31,904 nt of DNA from a virus. The position numbers and the translations under genes were made by a program. Positions 30,921-31,904 of this stretch are shown here, in pieces. Within the stretch, counting starts at the first letter, position 1; every line of letters begins with the position of its first letter. Below the pieces are notes generated by a model. That model was not told where the DNA came from. It searched no databases and was given only the letters and a program-made list of their open reading frames with translations. Where the stretch lies: the IMG/VR virus record IMGVR_UViG_3300032332_000850, positions 1 to 31,904 of that record; one strand, 5' to 3'.

Positions 30921-31904
30921 TCAGCCGACTCCTTCGACGGTGATGCGGTTCATGTTGGCGTGAGCGATCGTCGCGGACACCATCATCTGCTGCGAGAACT
31001 GCACCATCGACGCGGCCTGATCGGTGTTGAAGACGCTGTTGCTCGCCTCGCGAATCGAGCGGAAGGATGACACCCAAGCGTCGGCGACCTTCTTCGCGTC
31101 CTCGAGTTGTTTCTTCGTGTCATCCTCCTGCCATTTCCGCTTCTTCGCGAAGTACGCGGCGTTGATCGCGGTGCGAGCCGCGTCGAACTGAGCCTCATAC
31201 TTCATCTGATCGGCAAAGGAGAGTTTGCGGAACTCCTTGTCGAGAGCGTCAATCTTGTCGCTCGACTCCTCGGACGCACGCTTCCGCTCGTCCATCATGT
31301 CAAGTTCGGCGGCACGCTGCTCGCTTGCCAGTTTGTCGAGCATGTTCGTGCGAGCATCGAGGTACTGTTTGGCCTCTTCCTTCGCCTTGTCGGCGGCGTC
31401 CTTCTTGGCCTTATTGCGCTCGTCGCGATCCTTTGCGGCCTTGTTTGTGTTGGCGAGCGTATCGCGTGCTTCGCGTTGCTTGTTGATTTGCTCTTGCAGG
31501 CTGGCATCGCTCTGCAGCATGCTGGACGCGTATCCGAGGATCGTCCCCGCTTTGCGTTCAGCCATCTTCGCGTCAAGTTCCGCGAGGTTGTCGTCGTACT
31601 TTTTCAACGAACCGGCAACGTCGGACAGGTCCAACGATTCCTTGAAGTCGTCGGCCTTGTTCTTGCCGGTCTTCAGCGTGTCGATCAACAACTCGCCGGC
31701 GGCCTGTCCAGCCTTGAACGCGATGACGGCGGTGGCGCCCACGGCGGCGATCTTTCCGATGAGGCCTTGCACGACCTCGATCTGCTCGCCCCACTGTTTC
31801 TTGCCGCGTCGCAGCCAACCGGAGATGCCTTCGCCTTCCTTCTCCAGTTTCTTCGCGTAGTCGGAAGTCGCCTTCGACACGCCTCCGCCGCCGGTCTCCT
31901 CAGC
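30921..31904 (-). CDS. Tape-measure-like protein, main part (full product ~360 aa, start at 222 across the circular junction)
   Basis: Lys/Glu/Asp/Ala-rich coiled-coil sequence with one hydrophobic segment (VVQGLIGKIAAVGATAVIAF). Directly downstream of the tube-like gene. The frame stays open through 31904. Confidence 0.55.
   Translation of the reverse strand, partial: AEETGGGGVSKATSDYAKKLEKEGEGISGWLRRGKKQWGEQIEVVQGLIGKIAAVGATAVIAFKAGQAAGELLIDTLKTGKNKADDFKESLDLSDVAGSLKKYDDNLAELDAKMAERKAGTILGYASSMLQSDASLQEQINKQREARDTLANTNKAAKDRDERNKAKKDAADKAKEEAKQYLDARTNMLDKLASEQRAAELDMMDERKRASEESSDKIDALDKEFRKLSFADQMKYEAQFDAARTAINAAYFAKKRKWQEDDTKKQLEDAKKVADAWVSSFRSIREASNSVFNTDQAASMVQFSQQMMVSATIAHANMNRITVEGVG
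31782..31904. repeat. Terminal overlap copy 2 (circular-closure redundancy)
   Basis: Identical to 1..123, which implies a unique circular length of 31781 bp. Confidence 0.95.

Noticed and set aside
31782-31904. The 123-bp identical ends as a true direct terminal repeat or as boundaries of a mobile element.
   Set aside because: The repeat sits in the middle of the tape-measure-like coding sequence and simply closes the circle. There are no flanking host sequences or target-site duplications.

Overview
This 31,904-nt window is one complete, circularly closed genome of a GC-rich tailed phage with an HK97-fold capsid and siphovirus-like tail genes. Bases 1..123 are identical to 31782..31904, so the unique length is 31,781 bp. 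I call about 58 protein genes, all on the minus strand. By eye I found no tRNA, rRNA, CRISPR array, integrase or repressor. In transcription order (descending coordinates): a control region with a sigma70-like promoter (23786..23814) precedes four small early ORFs and an intrinsic terminator (22419..22446). A second promoter (22381..22409) with an adjacent palindrome precedes a very acidic small protein, a PD-(D/E)XK exonuclease and a RecT-like annealase. A third promoter (19323..19350) precedes a replication initiator that carries an iteron/ori-like array inside its own coding sequence. Then come a DnaB-N-like ORF, a DnaB/RepA-like ATPase, an HNH nuclease and a DnaA-domain-IV-like protein. 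Next are a secreted lysozyme-like enzyme and a run of small ORFs joined by a conserved 19-nt junction element, one of them a (Gly-Asn/Tyr)n repeat peptide. These are followed by VRR-NUC and membrane/lipoprotein (lysis-like) genes. The late block holds small and large terminase, a portal-MuF fusion, prohead protease, major capsid protein, a decoration-like protein, two tandem paralogs, head-tail connectors and a tail tube. It continues with a tape-measure-like gene that crosses the circular junction and seven poorly recognisable tail-tip/fibre genes. The block ends with a Cys-rich protein, a metallophosphoesterase and an HExxH protein. Eighteen gene pairs share ATGA/GTGA stop-start overlaps. 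The long plus-strand ORFs in the track are antisense shadows of GC-rich genes. All family assignments come from motif recognition by eye, with no database search.
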